64,000 bases of DNA from Escherichia phage vb_EcoM_bov9_1: sequence record MT884006.2. One strand, 5' to 3'. Positions 10,745 to 20,594 of the stretch are shown here, piece by piece (position 1 is the stretch's first letter; each line of letters begins with the position of its first letter). The notes beneath the pieces are model-generated. The model did not search any database, was not told the origin of the DNA, and worked only from the letters and a program-made list of their open reading frames with translations. A program made the translations under genes and the position numbers.

Positions 10745-11875
10745 TTATGGATAGGTATAGATGATACCAGTTTCTAAAGCAGTTTTATGAATGATATATC
10801 CATTACGCGATTCTTGGACATCAACTTCTGGATAGTCTTTCATCATCTTCTGAAGAGTGTAACGATGCAGGTAGTATTTACTATCTGGATCTTCAGTTTT
10901 CCAATCTTTACCTTCTTCAGTCATTTTTTGAATTTCATCCATAACCCACCAACCGCACCAGATGTAAGCTGAGCTACGGTGTGGAAGAGGATGAACATAA
11001 GGTAATTCACCTTCTGGTTCTGGAGCAACTTTATCAGTTACCTGAACTTGACCTTCTGCCGTAATAGTTTTGCTATCATAATCAGCAGCAGTAACAGTTG
11101 CAGTAACTTCAATAGTTTGACTTCCAATAGATGAGGTATCAACGGTATATACATTAGTTGACCCTTCTACAGGAGAAGAATCTTTCTTCCATGAATACTC
11201 AATTTGCGCTTCTTCTGGAGCATCAGTGACATTAGCAGTAAATGTAGCCGAAGCATCTTGTTGAACGTTAATAGAAGGAGGAGTCAATGTAACCTGTGGA
11301 TTCATTGTTTTCTTATTAACCGTTAATGATACTTCATTGGAAGTAACTTCCTTTTCATTGTAATTTTCAGCAGTTACTTGGGCTACGCATTTAATTCTTT
11401 TTACTCCACTTGTAGTTGGAGTATAGCTAAATGTAGAGTTAGTTTCTCCACCAACTTGTGAATCATCTACATACCACTGATACGTAGCAGATGCTCCATC
11501 AGGTTGAGAAACTAAGGCAGCGGTAAATTCAACAGCTGTTCCGATTACTCCAGCGTCAGGGCTATTAGGAGTTACAGCTAAGGTAGTCGTTTGTGTCTTA
11601 TTTTGAACTGTGATAGTTGTAGTAGCTTCTGCTGTTTCAGCATCAGTATCTGGAACTGTATTTGTTGCAACTACTTTAATAGTCTTTTGCCCAGCAGGTC
11701 CTTTTAATACATAATCAAAAGTTGCTTCAGCTCCATCTTGTGGAGCATCATCTACAGTCCAAGCATATGTAATAGTTCCGCCTCCAGTTTCACCACTGGG
11801 TGTAGCAGTAAACTGCTGAGTCTGATCTATAACTCCAGTAGGTGTTTTAGGAGTTATATCAACTGTAAAAGCCAT
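10745..11875 (-). CDS. hoc: Highly immunogenic outer capsid protein Hoc (376 aa)
   Basis: 376 aa as T4 Hoc; Thr/Val-rich repeated Ig-like segments; position between 24.x and inh. Confidence 0.85.
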   Translation of the reverse strand: MAFTVDITPKTPTGVIDQTQQFTATPSGETGGGTITYAWTVDDAPQDGAEATFDYVLKGPAGQKTIKVVATNTVPDTDAETAEATTTITVQNKTQTTTLAVTPNSPDAGVIGTAVEFTAALVSQPDGASATYQWYVDDSQVGGETNSTFSYTPTTSGVKRIKCVAQVTAENYNEKEVTSNEVSLTVNKKTMNPQVTLTPPSINVQQDASATFTANVTDAPEEAQIEYSWKKDSSPVEGSTNVYTVDTSSIGSQTIEVTATVTAADYDSKTITAEGQVQVTDKVAPEPEGELPYVHPLPHRSSAYIWCGWWVMDEIQKMTEEGKDWKTEDPDSKYYLHRYTLQKMMKDYPEVDVQESRNGYIIHKTALETGIIYTYP

Positions 11876-11884
11876 AAGTTATCC

Positions 11885-12565
11885 TTATTTTAATGTTACG
11901 AAAGAAGAATTGCGTGTTTCACGAATTAAAACTGATCCATCACGATTAATGTAATAAATTAAGCTAAATAAAGTTTGGTGTGCTGACGCGTGCTCAAAAC
12001 TTGTTGGGTGAGATTTCCAATCCGGAGTTTCAGCAATCCATTGATAAATCCACCAAGGAACAGTGCAGAATCCTGGATTTTTTCCAATCAACTGAAGATT
12101 CGGACTAAAGTTTTCCGGAAGAGTAAATACAGACGGCCTTTCAGATTCAATAATCTCAGCTACAGCCTGTTCGAATTTTTCTTCAACAAAAGGAGTATCT
12201 TCAATCAAAACATCGGTATTTTCAGGAATTTTATCCGTTTCTACTACTTCAATTTTAATGTCAGATTTAACCGGAGAATCAATCAGAAGTGCTGCTTCTG
12301 GATTGACTTCTTCATCGTCATATTTTAACCCCTCTGCAGCATCAGCAGCATCAATTAAGTCTTTAATAGATAACCCATCAGTCTCCGGCATAGGTTCACT
12401 AGCGAGCTTCTGGAGGGCTTCTTCAATATCAACAACGATATTATCAAAAGATTTATTCTTTTTGACCTTTATACCAAACTGTTCAGCATATTCAGCTAAT
12501 TTAGCTTTAGCTTCTTTATTATCATCAAGAGCCTTCAGCTCTGCAATATAATCTTTATCTATCAT
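11885..12565 (-). CDS. inh: Inh, inhibitor of prohead protease (226 aa)
   Basis: 226 aa as T4 Inh; position between hoc and uvsW. Confidence 0.7.
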   Translation of the reverse strand: MIDKDYIAELKALDDNKEAKAKLAEYAEQFGIKVKKNKSFDNIVVDIEEALQKLASEPMPETDGLSIKDLIDAADAAEGLKYDDEEVNPEAALLIDSPVKSDIKIEVVETDKIPENTDVLIEDTPFVEEKFEQAVAEIIESERPSVFTLPENFSPNLQLIGKNPGFCTVPWWIYQWIAETPDWKSHPTSFEHASAHQTLFSLIYYINRDGSVLIRETRNSSFVTLK

Positions 12566-12578
12566 AATATTTCCTCAG

Positions 12579-12586
12579 TATAAATA
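12579..12586 (+). promoter_or_regulatory. Late promoter motif TATAAATA for uvsW
   Basis: Exact consensus 30 nt upstream of uvsW ATG. Confidence 0.55.
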
Positions 12587-12615
12587 TAGATATATTTATT
12601 ACATGGTATTTAGAC

Positions 12616-14127
12616 ATGACTGACATTAAAGTACATTTTTATGATTTTAGTCACGTGAGAATTGATTGTGAAGAAAGTACATTTCATGAACTCCGTGATT
12701 TCTTTAGCTTTGAAGCTGATGGGTATCGTTTTAATCCGAAATACAAATATGGCCACTGGGATGGACGAATCCGTCTTTTAGATTATAATCGTCTTCTTCC
12801 ATTCGGCTTAGTCGGGCAAATTAAAAAGTTCTGTGATAATTTTGGCTATAAAGCCTGGATTGACCCGCAAATTAACGAAAAAGAAGAATTATCAAGAAAA
12901 GATTTTGATGAATGGCTTTCTAAATTAGAAATCTATTCAGGAAATAAAAGAATTGAACCGCACTGGTATCAAAAAGATGCAGTGTTCGAAGGATTAGTTA
13001 ATCGTCGTAGAATTCTTAATCTTCCAACATCTGCAGGTAAATCTTTAATTCAAGCTTTGCTTGCGCGATATTATTTGGAAAATTATGAAGGTAAAATTCT
13101 TATCATTGTTCCAACAACTGCTCTGACAACTCAGATGGCTGATGACTTTGTTGATTATCGTTTATTCAGTCATGCAATGATAAAGAAAATCGGTGGCGGA
13201 GCATCAAAAGATGATAAATATAAAAATGATGCACCAGTCGTCGTTGGTACATGGCAAACTGTAGTTAAACAACCAAAAGAATGGTTCTCACAGTTTGGAA
13301 TGATGATGAATGATGAATGCCATCTTGCTACAGGAAAAAGTATTTCATCTATCATATCAGGTTTAAATAACTGTATGTTTAAATTTGGTCTATCTGGTTC
13401 ATTACGTGATGGCAAAGCCAATATCATGCAGTATGTTGGAATGTTTGGTGAAATATTTAAGCCAGTAACGACTTCTAAGTTAATGGAAGATGGACAAGTA
13501 ACTGAGCTAAAAATTAATAGTATTTTTCTTCGCTATCCCGATGAGTTCACTACTAAATTAAAGGGAAAAACTTATCAAGAAGAAATAAAAATTATTACTG
13601 GGCTTAGTAAAAGAAATAAATGGATCGCTAAATTAGCTATTAAGCTTGCGCAAAAAGATGAAAACGCTTTTGTCATGTTTAAACATGTATCACATGGTAA
13701 AGCTATTTTCGATTTAATTAAAAATGAATACGATAAAGTTTATTACGTATCAGGGGAAGTTGATACCGAAACCCGCAATATAATGAAAACCTTAGCTGAA
13801 AATGGTAAAGGAATAATTATAGTAGCTAGTTATGGTGTATTTTCTACTGGTATTTCAGTTAAAAATCTGCATCACGTTGTTTTAGCGCACGGTGTTAAAT
13901 CAAAAATCATTGTATTACAAACAATCGGTCGTGTATTACGTAAGCATGGTTCTAAGACAATAGCAACCGTCTGGGACCTCATAGATGATTGTGGCGTTAA
14001 GCCAAAATCTGCTAATACGAAAAAGAAATATGTTCATTTGAACTATCTTTTAAAACACGGCATTGATCGTATTCAGCGCTACGCAGATGAAAAATTTAAT
14101 TACGTAATGAAAACAGTTAATTTATAA
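12616..14127 (+). CDS. uvsW: UvsW SF2 DNA/RNA helicase (503 aa)
   Basis: Walker A LPTSAGKS, DECH box NDECH; 503 aa; late promoter upstream. Confidence 0.9.
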   Translation: MTDIKVHFYDFSHVRIDCEESTFHELRDFFSFEADGYRFNPKYKYGHWDGRIRLLDYNRLLPFGLVGQIKKFCDNFGYKAWIDPQINEKEELSRKDFDEWLSKLEIYSGNKRIEPHWYQKDAVFEGLVNRRRILNLPTSAGKSLIQALLARYYLENYEGKILIIVPTTALTTQMADDFVDYRLFSHAMIKKIGGGASKDDKYKNDAPVVVGTWQTVVKQPKEWFSQFGMMMNDECHLATGKSISSIISGLNNCMFKFGLSGSLRDGKANIMQYVGMFGEIFKPVTTSKLMEDGQVTELKINSIFLRYPDEFTTKLKGKTYQEEIKIITGLSKRNKWIAKLAIKLAQKDENAFVMFKHVSHGKAIFDLIKNEYDKVYYVSGEVDTETRNIMKTLAENGKGIIIVASYGVFSTGISVKNLHHVVLAHGVKSKIIVLQTIGRVLRKHGSKTIATVWDLIDDCGVKPKSANTKKKYVHLNYLLKHGIDRIQRYADEKFNYVMKTVNL

Positions 14128-14139
14128 GGGCTTCGGCCC
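14128..14139 (+). terminator. Hairpin after uvsW (GGGC-TTCG-GCCC)
   Basis: Short GC stem with TTCG loop between uvsW and uvsW.1. Confidence 0.4.
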
Positions 14140-14152
14140 TTTGGAGAAAAAG

Positions 14153-14383
14153 ATGTTACTAGAATTTAAACAATTTCTTTATGAAGCTTCTATTGATGAA
14201 TTTATGGGTAAAATTGCCTCTTGTCAAACATTAGAAGGTTTAGAAGAACTTGAAGCTTATTATAAGAAAAGAGTTAAAGAAACTGAATTAAAAGATACTG
14301 ATGACATCTCTGTGAGAGATGCTTTGGCAGGAAAAAGAGCTGAATTAGAAGATTCAGATGATGAAGTAGAAGAAAGCTTTTAA
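14153..14383 (+). CDS. UvsW.1 small protein (76 aa)
   Basis: ORF track starts at TTG 14141; ATG at 14153 with GGAG 7 nt upstream gives 76 aa MLLEFKQ... Confidence 0.6.
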   Translation: MLLEFKQFLYEASIDEFMGKIASCQTLEGLEELEAYYKKRVKETELKDTDDISVRDALAGKRAELEDSDDEVEESF

Positions 14384-14438
14384 ATTAAAAAAGGCCCAAC
14401 CAAAAAGGAAGGGCCAAAACTATAGACTAAAGGTCACA

Positions 14439-14606
14439 CTATAGCAAAAGTTGTGTTTCATTTAATTGTTCTTCCGAACTTTCTGAAACTGGTAGTTCTT
14501 TAATGTAATTATAGCAAGGCCCAGGATGTACAGGACCTTTGTCTGTTTCAACAACCAATGCAGAATCGATTGGAGTTTTACAGACAACACAAATCTTATC
14601 TGACAT
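14439..14606 (-). CDS. Small Cys-rich ORF, 55 aa (MSDKICVVCKTPIDS...), below ORF-track cutoff
   Basis: Hand-translated; own late-type promoter TATAAATA about 26 nt upstream (14632-14639); CxxC plus downstream Cys suggests metal binding; T4 uvsY.-2 position. Confidence 0.4.
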   Translation of the reverse strand: MSDKICVVCKTPIDSALVVETDKGPVHPGPCYNYIKELPVSESSEEQLNETQLLL

Positions 14607-14631
14607 GATTGTCTCCTCTGAATTATATATC

Positions 14632-14639
14632 TATTTATA
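14632..14639 (-). promoter_or_regulatory. Late promoter motif (minus strand TATAAATA) upstream of small Cys-rich ORF
   Basis: Plus-strand TATTTATA 26 nt upstream of ATG 14606. Confidence 0.5.
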
Positions 14640-14859
14640 CAACTCTCATATGCATATCAATGCCCATATCTTTAGAATAAAAATATTCATCAAGATATCC
14701 AGCAAATTTTCCTTTAATATAAAGGACATCTTCACCACACGGGTGGTCGGCCAGGATACGAATATCCTGACGCTTAAGATTATACTTTTTCATTAAGAAT
14801 TGAATCTCAGTTTCAAATTCTTCTTCATAATTAAAAGCATCATCAATGCTATATCTCAT
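14635..14859 (-). CDS. Hypothetical protein (T4 uvsY.-1 position)
   Basis: 74 aa ORF directly downstream of uvsY, start codon overlaps uvsY stop. Confidence 0.55.
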   Translation of the reverse strand: MRYSIDDAFNYEEEFETEIQFLMKKYNLKRQDIRILADHPCGEDVLYIKGKFAGYLDEYFYSKDMGIDMHMRVV

Positions 14860-15272
14860 TATTTTCCAGCCTCAAATGCTCGCATGTCTTGAATGTGCTT
14901 AATAGCAAATCCACGTGATTTAATAGCATCAAGAGCTCCGCTACAGAAATCTAATAAAATCCCCCAATACTGTAACGAGGTATCAACCTTTAAAACATCC
15001 TTATCAGCTGATAGAACTGTCTTCATTTCTGATTTCTCGTAACGATCCATACTAAATTCATCACCATCTCCTCGTCCCGAGTAGTAGTCTAATTTAGCTT
15101 TAAGAGCAACTTTCTTTTGCGCGTCAATTCTAAGCATTTCCTTTTTAATACTTGAATGCTTATTAAGCCATTTACTATATAACATCACATTATTAGCTGC
15201 TTCATACTGTAATTTAGTCGAATCTATAAACACATCTTTCTTCAATTCTTCTTGAAGATCTTCTAATCTCAT
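14859..15272 (-). CDS. uvsY: UvsY recombination mediator (137 aa)
   Basis: 137 aa matches T4 UvsY; MotA-box middle promoter upstream. Confidence 0.9.
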   Translation of the reverse strand: MRLEDLQEELKKDVFIDSTKLQYEAANNVMLYSKWLNKHSSIKKEMLRIDAQKKVALKAKLDYYSGRGDGDEFSMDRYEKSEMKTVLSADKDVLKVDTSLQYWGILLDFCSGALDAIKSRGFAIKHIQDMRAFEAGK

Positions 15273-15311
15273 ATTGTTCTCTATTCAATTGTTATTGGAT
15301 GGACTTAGATT

Positions 15312-15342
15312 CATTATACCACGTTTTAACGTGAAGCATTAT
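15312..15342 (-). promoter_or_regulatory. Middle promoter candidate for uvsY (MotA box TGCTT plus TATAAT)
   Basis: Minus strand reads ATAATGCTTCA...13 nt...TATAAT, leader about 35 nt to uvsY ATG. Confidence 0.5.
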
Positions 15343-15737
15343 ACTCTATTACTAGAAGCCAGTTGCAGTTTTATCTGCTCAATATCATCAGGGTTATCGA
15401 TGACCGAAAAACGTATTTCTACTATCAGAGTATAATCATCATAAACGGGTATCACATTAACTGCTAATTTATCAATACGTGGCTCATAGTTTCTTACTGC
15501 GCTTTCGATATTACGCTCAACTGTGTCAGCAGTAAGAGGAGTCATATTTTCAAAAAGCTGGTCTGATAAATCACATCCAAATTCAGGGTCAAACGGTCTT
15601 GAACCTTTTCTTGTTGTAATAATTCCCAAAAGACTGTTTTTAATTGACCTTAATCCAAGTGATCTGGAAACGTCTTTGTTCCAATCCATTTTCATTTCCG
15701 GGTCAATGTCAGAATAAAGCTTATTAATATTTGACAT
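15339..15737 (-). CDS. 25: Baseplate wedge protein gp25 (132 aa)
   Basis: 132 aa as T4 gp25; synteny 25-26 divergent from 51. Confidence 0.9.
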   Translation of the reverse strand: MSNINKLYSDIDPEMKMDWNKDVSRSLGLRSIKNSLLGIITTRKGSRPFDPEFGCDLSDQLFENMTPLTADTVERNIESAVRNYEPRIDKLAVNVIPVYDDYTLIVEIRFSVIDNPDDIEQIKLQLASSNRV

Positions 15738-16363
15738 TATAGTAACTCAAAGAACTCTTTGAGGCCTCTTATTACGTGAGCATGGGTTTTTCCACACTCT
15801 GGACACTTAATTGGAACAGCCAAATAAACAGTAGGCTTTAAAAGCATATCTTTTATAGCTACAATATCTGACTCTGTGATGATAGAATATAAATCTTCTA
15901 GTTCCTTTTCATTTAAGTCTTCAACTGGAATGCTTTCCCCGTTAGCATGAATCGTTTCTATGCATGATACTATCATGTGGGCTATATTTTTATCATCAAA
16001 AATTTTAGGGTATCGGAATTTAATTTTAATGTCACCCAGTGTATACCAGAGGTCTTCTGGCGCATCTATTTGTGTATGTAATAGATTTATATGGGTTGGT
16101 ATTTCAGTTCCACAGGTGCACTTCCAGGAGTTTTCGTGATTAACTTCGCCGAGAGAATGTGCCCATAAATGAATCAACAATAGTTCTGATTCTTGGCGGT
16201 TTAAATCTTTTGCATTTGTGCAGTCTTTGATTAGCTTTTTAACAATTACTTCTACGGAACCATTATTTTTGGCAGTAATAAGTTCTAGATATTCTTTAAG
16301 AGTAAATGCGCGACAATTGATTATTTTAGAACCAACTCTCACATCAAATTTGTATTCATACAT
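15737..16363 (-). CDS. 26: Baseplate hub protein gp26 (208 aa)
   Basis: 208 aa; synteny; late promoter on minus strand at 16386-16393. Confidence 0.85.
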   Translation of the reverse strand: MYEYKFDVRVGSKIINCRAFTLKEYLELITAKNNGSVEVIVKKLIKDCTNAKDLNRQESELLLIHLWAHSLGEVNHENSWKCTCGTEIPTHINLLHTQIDAPEDLWYTLGDIKIKFRYPKIFDDKNIAHMIVSCIETIHANGESIPVEDLNEKELEDLYSIITESDIVAIKDMLLKPTVYLAVPIKCPECGKTHAHVIRGLKEFFELL

Positions 16364-16385
16364 ATTTTAGCTCCTTTATTTATCA

Positions 16386-16393
16386 TATTTATA
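16386..16393 (-). promoter_or_regulatory. Late promoter (minus strand TATAAATA) for genes 26-25
   Basis: Plus-strand TATTTATA 23 nt upstream of gene 26 start. Confidence 0.55.
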
Positions 16394-16397
16394 AATA
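16390..16397 (+). promoter_or_regulatory. Late promoter TATAAATA for gene 51
   Basis: Exact consensus 18 nt upstream of gene 51 ATG; overlaps the opposite-strand late motif by 4 nt. Confidence 0.6.
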
Positions 16398-16414
16398 GAA
16401 TAAAAGGAGCATCT

Positions 16415-17164
16415 ATGGCAAACATTATTCGTTGTAAATTACCAGATGGTGTTCATCGTTTTAAACCATTTACGGTAGAAGATTATCGAGATTTTTTGTT
16501 AGTTCGAAACGATATAGAACATCGGTCACCACAAGAACAAAAAGAAATAATTACTGATTTAATTGATGATTATTTTGGAGACTATCCGAAGACTTGGCAA
16601 CCATTTATATTTTTGCAGGTATTTGTAGGGTCAATAGGTAAAACTAAAGTACCGGTCACATTTGTATGTCCAAAATGTAAAAAAGAAAAGACAGTTCCAT
16701 TTGAAATATATCAAAAAGAATTAAAGGAACCTGTTTTTGATGTAGCTAATGTTAAAATTAAATTAAAGTTTCCTTCTGAGTTTTATGAAAATAAAGCAAA
16801 GATGATTACTGAAAATATTCATTCTGTTCAAGTAGATGAAATATGGTATGATTGGAAGGAAATTAGTGAATCAAGCCAAATAGAACTTGTTGATGCCATC
16901 GAGATAGAAACATTAGAAAAAATTCTCGATGCAATGAATCCTATTAATTTAACTCTACATATGTCATGCTGTAATAAGTACATTAAAAAATACACTGATA
17001 TAGTAGACGTGTTTAAGCTATTAGTTAACCCAGATGAGATATTTACTTTTTATCAAATTAATCACACACTCGTAAAAAGTAATTATAGCTTAAATTCAAT
17101 AATGAAAATGATTCCTGCCGAGCGCGGATTCGTATTAAAACTGATTGAGAAGGATAAACAATAA
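16415..17164 (+). CDS. 51: Baseplate hub assembly protein gp51 (249 aa)
   Basis: 249 aa; Cys-pair motifs CPKCKK; synteny. Confidence 0.85.
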   Translation: MANIIRCKLPDGVHRFKPFTVEDYRDFLLVRNDIEHRSPQEQKEIITDLIDDYFGDYPKTWQPFIFLQVFVGSIGKTKVPVTFVCPKCKKEKTVPFEIYQKELKEPVFDVANVKIKLKFPSEFYENKAKMITENIHSVQVDEIWYDWKEISESSQIELVDAIEIETLEKILDAMNPINLTLHMSCCNKYIKKYTDIVDVFKLLVNPDEIFTFYQINHTLVKSNYSLNSIMKMIPAERGFVLKLIEKDKQ

Positions 17165-18339
17165 TGAGTATGTTGCAACGCCCCGGATATCCAAATCTCA
17201 GCGTTAAATTATTTGATAGCTACGACGCTTGGAGTAATAATAGATTTGTTGAATTAGCTGCTACTATTACCACATTAACTATGCGGGATTCTCTTTATGG
17301 CCGAAATGAAGGAATGCTGCAGTTTTATGATTCTAAAAACATCCATACAAAAATGGATGGAAATGAAATAATTCAGATTTCTGTAGCTAATGCAAATGAT
17401 ATTAATAATGTTAAAACACGAATTTATGGATGTAAGCATTTTTCCGTGTCAGTAGATTCAAAAGGTGATAACATCATTGCTATTGAATTGGGAACTATTC
17501 ATTCTATAGAAAATCTTAAATTTGGTAGACCATTTTTCCCTGATGCGGGTGAATCTATAAAAGAAATGCTTGGCGTCATTTATCAAGACCGTACATTATT
17601 AACTCCAGCGATAAATGCTATAAATGCTTATGTTCCTGATATTCCATGGACTAGCACATTTGAAAACTATTTGTCATATGTCAGAGAAGTTGCTCTAGCT
17701 GTAGGAAGCGACAAATTTGTATTTGTGTGGCAAGACATCATGGGAGTTAACATGATGGACTATGATATGATGATAAATCAAGAACCATATCCAATGATTG
17801 TCGGTGAGCCATCTTTAATAGGTCAATTTGTCCAAGAATTAAAATATCCATTAGCATATGATTTCGTTTGGTTGACTAAATCGAATCCTCACAAACGTGA
17901 CCCAATGAAAAACGCTACTATCTATGCGCATTCGTTTTTGGATTCTTCATTGCCAATGATTACTACAGGAAAAGGAGAAAACTCTATTGTAGTGTCAAGG
18001 TCAGGTGCTTATTCTGAAATGACTTATAGGAATGGATATGAAGAAGCTATTCGTCTTCAAACTATGGCACAATATGACGGCTATGCTAAATGTTCTACTG
18101 TCGGTAATTTTAACTTGACTCCTGGTGTTAAAATTATTTTTAATGATAGTAAAAACCAATTTAAAACAGAATTTTACGTTGATGAAGTTATCCATGAATT
18201 ATCAAATAATAATTCAGTAACTCATCTTTATATGTTCACTAATGCAACGAAACTGGAAACAATAGACCCAGTTAAGGTTAAAAATGAATTTAAATCTGAT
18301 ACTACCACTGAAGAAAGTAGTTCTTCCAATAAGCAATAA
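17164..18339 (+). CDS. 27: Baseplate hub protein gp27 (391 aa)
   Basis: 391 aa as T4 gp27; ATGA-type overlap with gene 51. Confidence 0.9.
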   Translation: MSMLQRPGYPNLSVKLFDSYDAWSNNRFVELAATITTLTMRDSLYGRNEGMLQFYDSKNIHTKMDGNEIIQISVANANDINNVKTRIYGCKHFSVSVDSKGDNIIAIELGTIHSIENLKFGRPFFPDAGESIKEMLGVIYQDRTLLTPAINAINAYVPDIPWTSTFENYLSYVREVALAVGSDKFVFVWQDIMGVNMMDYDMMINQEPYPMIVGEPSLIGQFVQELKYPLAYDFVWLTKSNPHKRDPMKNATIYAHSFLDSSLPMITTGKGENSIVVSRSGAYSEMTYRNGYEEAIRLQTMAQYDGYAKCSTVGNFNLTPGVKIIFNDSKNQFKTEFYVDEVIHELSNNNSVTHLYMFTNATKLETIDPVKVKNEFKSDTTTEESSSSNKQ

Positions 18340-18817
18340 AGAAGTTTCTATTCCTAAAATGGGTCTTAAACATTATAACATTTTAAAGGATGTTAAAGGT
18401 CCTGATGAAAATTTAAAACTTCTTATTGATTCTATTTGTCCGAATTTATCACCGGCAGAAGTTGATTTCGTTTCTATTCATTTATTGGAATTTAATGGAA
18501 AGATTAAATCTCGTAAAGAAATAGATGGCTATACTTATGACATTAATGATGTCTATGTATGCCAAAGATTGGAATTTCAATACCAAGGAAATACATTTTA
18601 TTTTAGACCTCCTGGAAAATTTGAACAATTTTTAACGGTGAGCGATATGTTATCTAAATGCTTGCTTAAGGTCAACGATGAAGTTAAAGAAATTAATTTT
18701 CTTGAGATGCCAGCATTCGTTTTAAAATGGGCAAATGATATTTTTACAACTTTAGCAATTCCTGGCCCTAATGGTCCAATAACTGGAATTGGCAATATTA
18801 TTGGATTATTTGAATGA
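18284..18817 (+). CDS. 28: Baseplate hub distal protein gp28 (177 aa)
   Basis: 177 aa; ATG at 18284 lies 56 nt inside the 3' end of gene 27 (out of frame overlap). Confidence 0.8.
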   Translation: MNLNLILPLKKVVLPISNKEVSIPKMGLKHYNILKDVKGPDENLKLLIDSICPNLSPAEVDFVSIHLLEFNGKIKSRKEIDGYTYDINDVYVCQRLEFQYQGNTFYFRPPGKFEQFLTVSDMLSKCLLKVNDEVKEINFLEMPAFVLKWANDIFTTLAIPGPNGPITGIGNIIGLFE

Positions 18818-20586
18818 AAAAGCCACAAGAAATGCAAACGATGCGTAGAAAAGTTATTTCAGATAATAAACCAACACAGGAAGCGGCTAAATCCGCTTCC
18901 AACACTTTATCTGGACTTAATGATATATCTACGAAATTGGATGATGCTCAAGCTGCTTCTGAATTAATAGCTCAAACTGTCGAAGAAAAATCGAATGAAA
19001 TAGTTGGAGCAATTGGTAACGTAGAAAGCGCAGTGAGTGATACTACTGCCGGTTCTGAGTTAATTGCTGAAACTGTCGAAATTGGCAACAATATTAATAA
19101 AGAAATCGGTGAATCACTCGGAAGCAAATTAGATAAATTAACAAGTTTACTAGAGCAAAAAATCCAGACAGCTGGAATTCAACAGACTGGAACTAGTTTA
19201 GCCACTGTTGAAAGCGCTATTCCTGTTAAAGTCGTTGAGGATGATACTGCCGAATCTGTGGGTCCTTTATTACCAGCTCCCGAAGCAGTTAATAATGATC
19301 CTGACGCTGATTTTTTCCCTACCCCTCAACCAGTTGAACCCAAACAAGAATCGTCAGAAGAAAAACAGAAAAAAGAAGCATTTAACTTAAAATTATCTCA
19401 AGCTTTAGATAAATTAACAAAGACTGTTGATTTTGGATTTAAGAAATCCATTTCAATTAGTGATAAAATATCAAGCATGTTATTTAAGTACACCATAAGT
19501 GCTGCTATTGAAGCTGCTAAAATGACTGCAATGATATTGGCTGTTGTTGTTGGAATAGACCTTTTGATGGTTCATTTTAAATACTGGTCAGATAAATTTT
19601 CAAAAGCCTGGGATTTATTTAATACTGACTTTACTAAATTCTCTAGCGAAACCGGAACATGGGGTCCTTTATTACAGAGCATCTTTGGTTCTATTGATAA
19701 AATTAGACAACTTTGGGAAAAGGGAGATTGGGGTGGATTGACAGTAGCTATTATAGAAGGGCTTGGAAAGGTTCTTTTTAATTTAGGAGAGCTTATTCAA
19801 TTAGGTATGGCTAAATTATCTGCTGCAATTCTTCGAGTTATTCCTGGCATGAAGGATACTGCTGATGAAGTAGAAGGAAGAGCACTGGAAAATTTCCAAA
19901 ATACTACAAATGCTTCTCTTAGCAAAGAAGATCAAGAAAAAGTTGCAAATTATCAATATAAAAGAATGAACGGAGATCTTGGTCCAATAGCAAAAGGATT
20001 AGACAAAATTGCGAACTGGAAAACTCGTGCTTCTAACTGGATTCGTGGTGTTGATAATAAAGAAGCACTAACGACTGATGAAGAGAGAGCAGAGGAAGAA
20101 GAAAAATTAAAGCAACTTTCTCCGGAAGAAGCTAAAATTGCTTTAATGAAAGCTAATGAAGCTCGTGCTGCTATGAATCGTTTTGAACAATATGCCGATT
20201 CAGCTGATATGAGTAAAGACTCAACGGTTAAATCAGTTGAAGCTGCCTATGAAGACCTTAAAAAACGGATGGATGACCCGGATTTAAATAATTCACCGGC
20301 AGTTAAAAAAGAACTTGCTGCTAGATTTTCTAAAATTGATGCTACTTATCAAGAGCTCAAGAAAAATCAGCCTAATGCCAAACCTGAAACTTCTGCTAAA
20401 TCACCAGAAGCAAAACAAGTCCAGGTAATAGAAAAGAACAAAGCACAGCAAGCTCCTGTTCAACAAGCATCTCCTTCAATCAATAATACTAATAATGTTA
20501 TTAAGAAAAATACTGTCGTTCATAATATGACACCTGTAACGAGCACGACTGCTCCTGGTGTATTTGGCGCGACTGGAGTTAATTAA
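18814..20586 (+). CDS. 29: Baseplate hub / tail length determinator gp29 (590 aa)
   Basis: 590 aa as T4 gp29; synteny. Confidence 0.85.
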   Translation: MKKPQEMQTMRRKVISDNKPTQEAAKSASNTLSGLNDISTKLDDAQAASELIAQTVEEKSNEIVGAIGNVESAVSDTTAGSELIAETVEIGNNINKEIGESLGSKLDKLTSLLEQKIQTAGIQQTGTSLATVESAIPVKVVEDDTAESVGPLLPAPEAVNNDPDADFFPTPQPVEPKQESSEEKQKKEAFNLKLSQALDKLTKTVDFGFKKSISISDKISSMLFKYTISAAIEAAKMTAMILAVVVGIDLLMVHFKYWSDKFSKAWDLFNTDFTKFSSETGTWGPLLQSIFGSIDKIRQLWEKGDWGGLTVAIIEGLGKVLFNLGELIQLGMAKLSAAILRVIPGMKDTADEVEGRALENFQNTTNASLSKEDQEKVANYQYKRMNGDLGPIAKGLDKIANWKTRASNWIRGVDNKEALTTDEERAEEEEKLKQLSPEEAKIALMKANEARAAMNRFEQYADSADMSKDSTVKSVEAAYEDLKKRMDDPDLNNSPAVKKELAARFSKIDATYQELKKNQPNAKPETSAKSPEAKQVQVIEKNKAQQAPVQQASPSINNTNNVIKKNTVVHNMTPVTSTTAPGVFGATGVN

Positions 20587-20594
20587 GGAATAAT

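Noticed and set aside
11990-12551. Plus-strand ORFs of 112 and 97 aa inside inh
   Set aside because: Antisense to inh, low-complexity translations, no expression signals
14539-14796. 85-aa plus-strand ORF starting at TTG between uvsW.1 and uvsY
   Set aside because: Overlaps the minus-strand small Cys-rich ORF and uvsY.-1, has a non-ATG start and no promoter or RBS in the expected orientation
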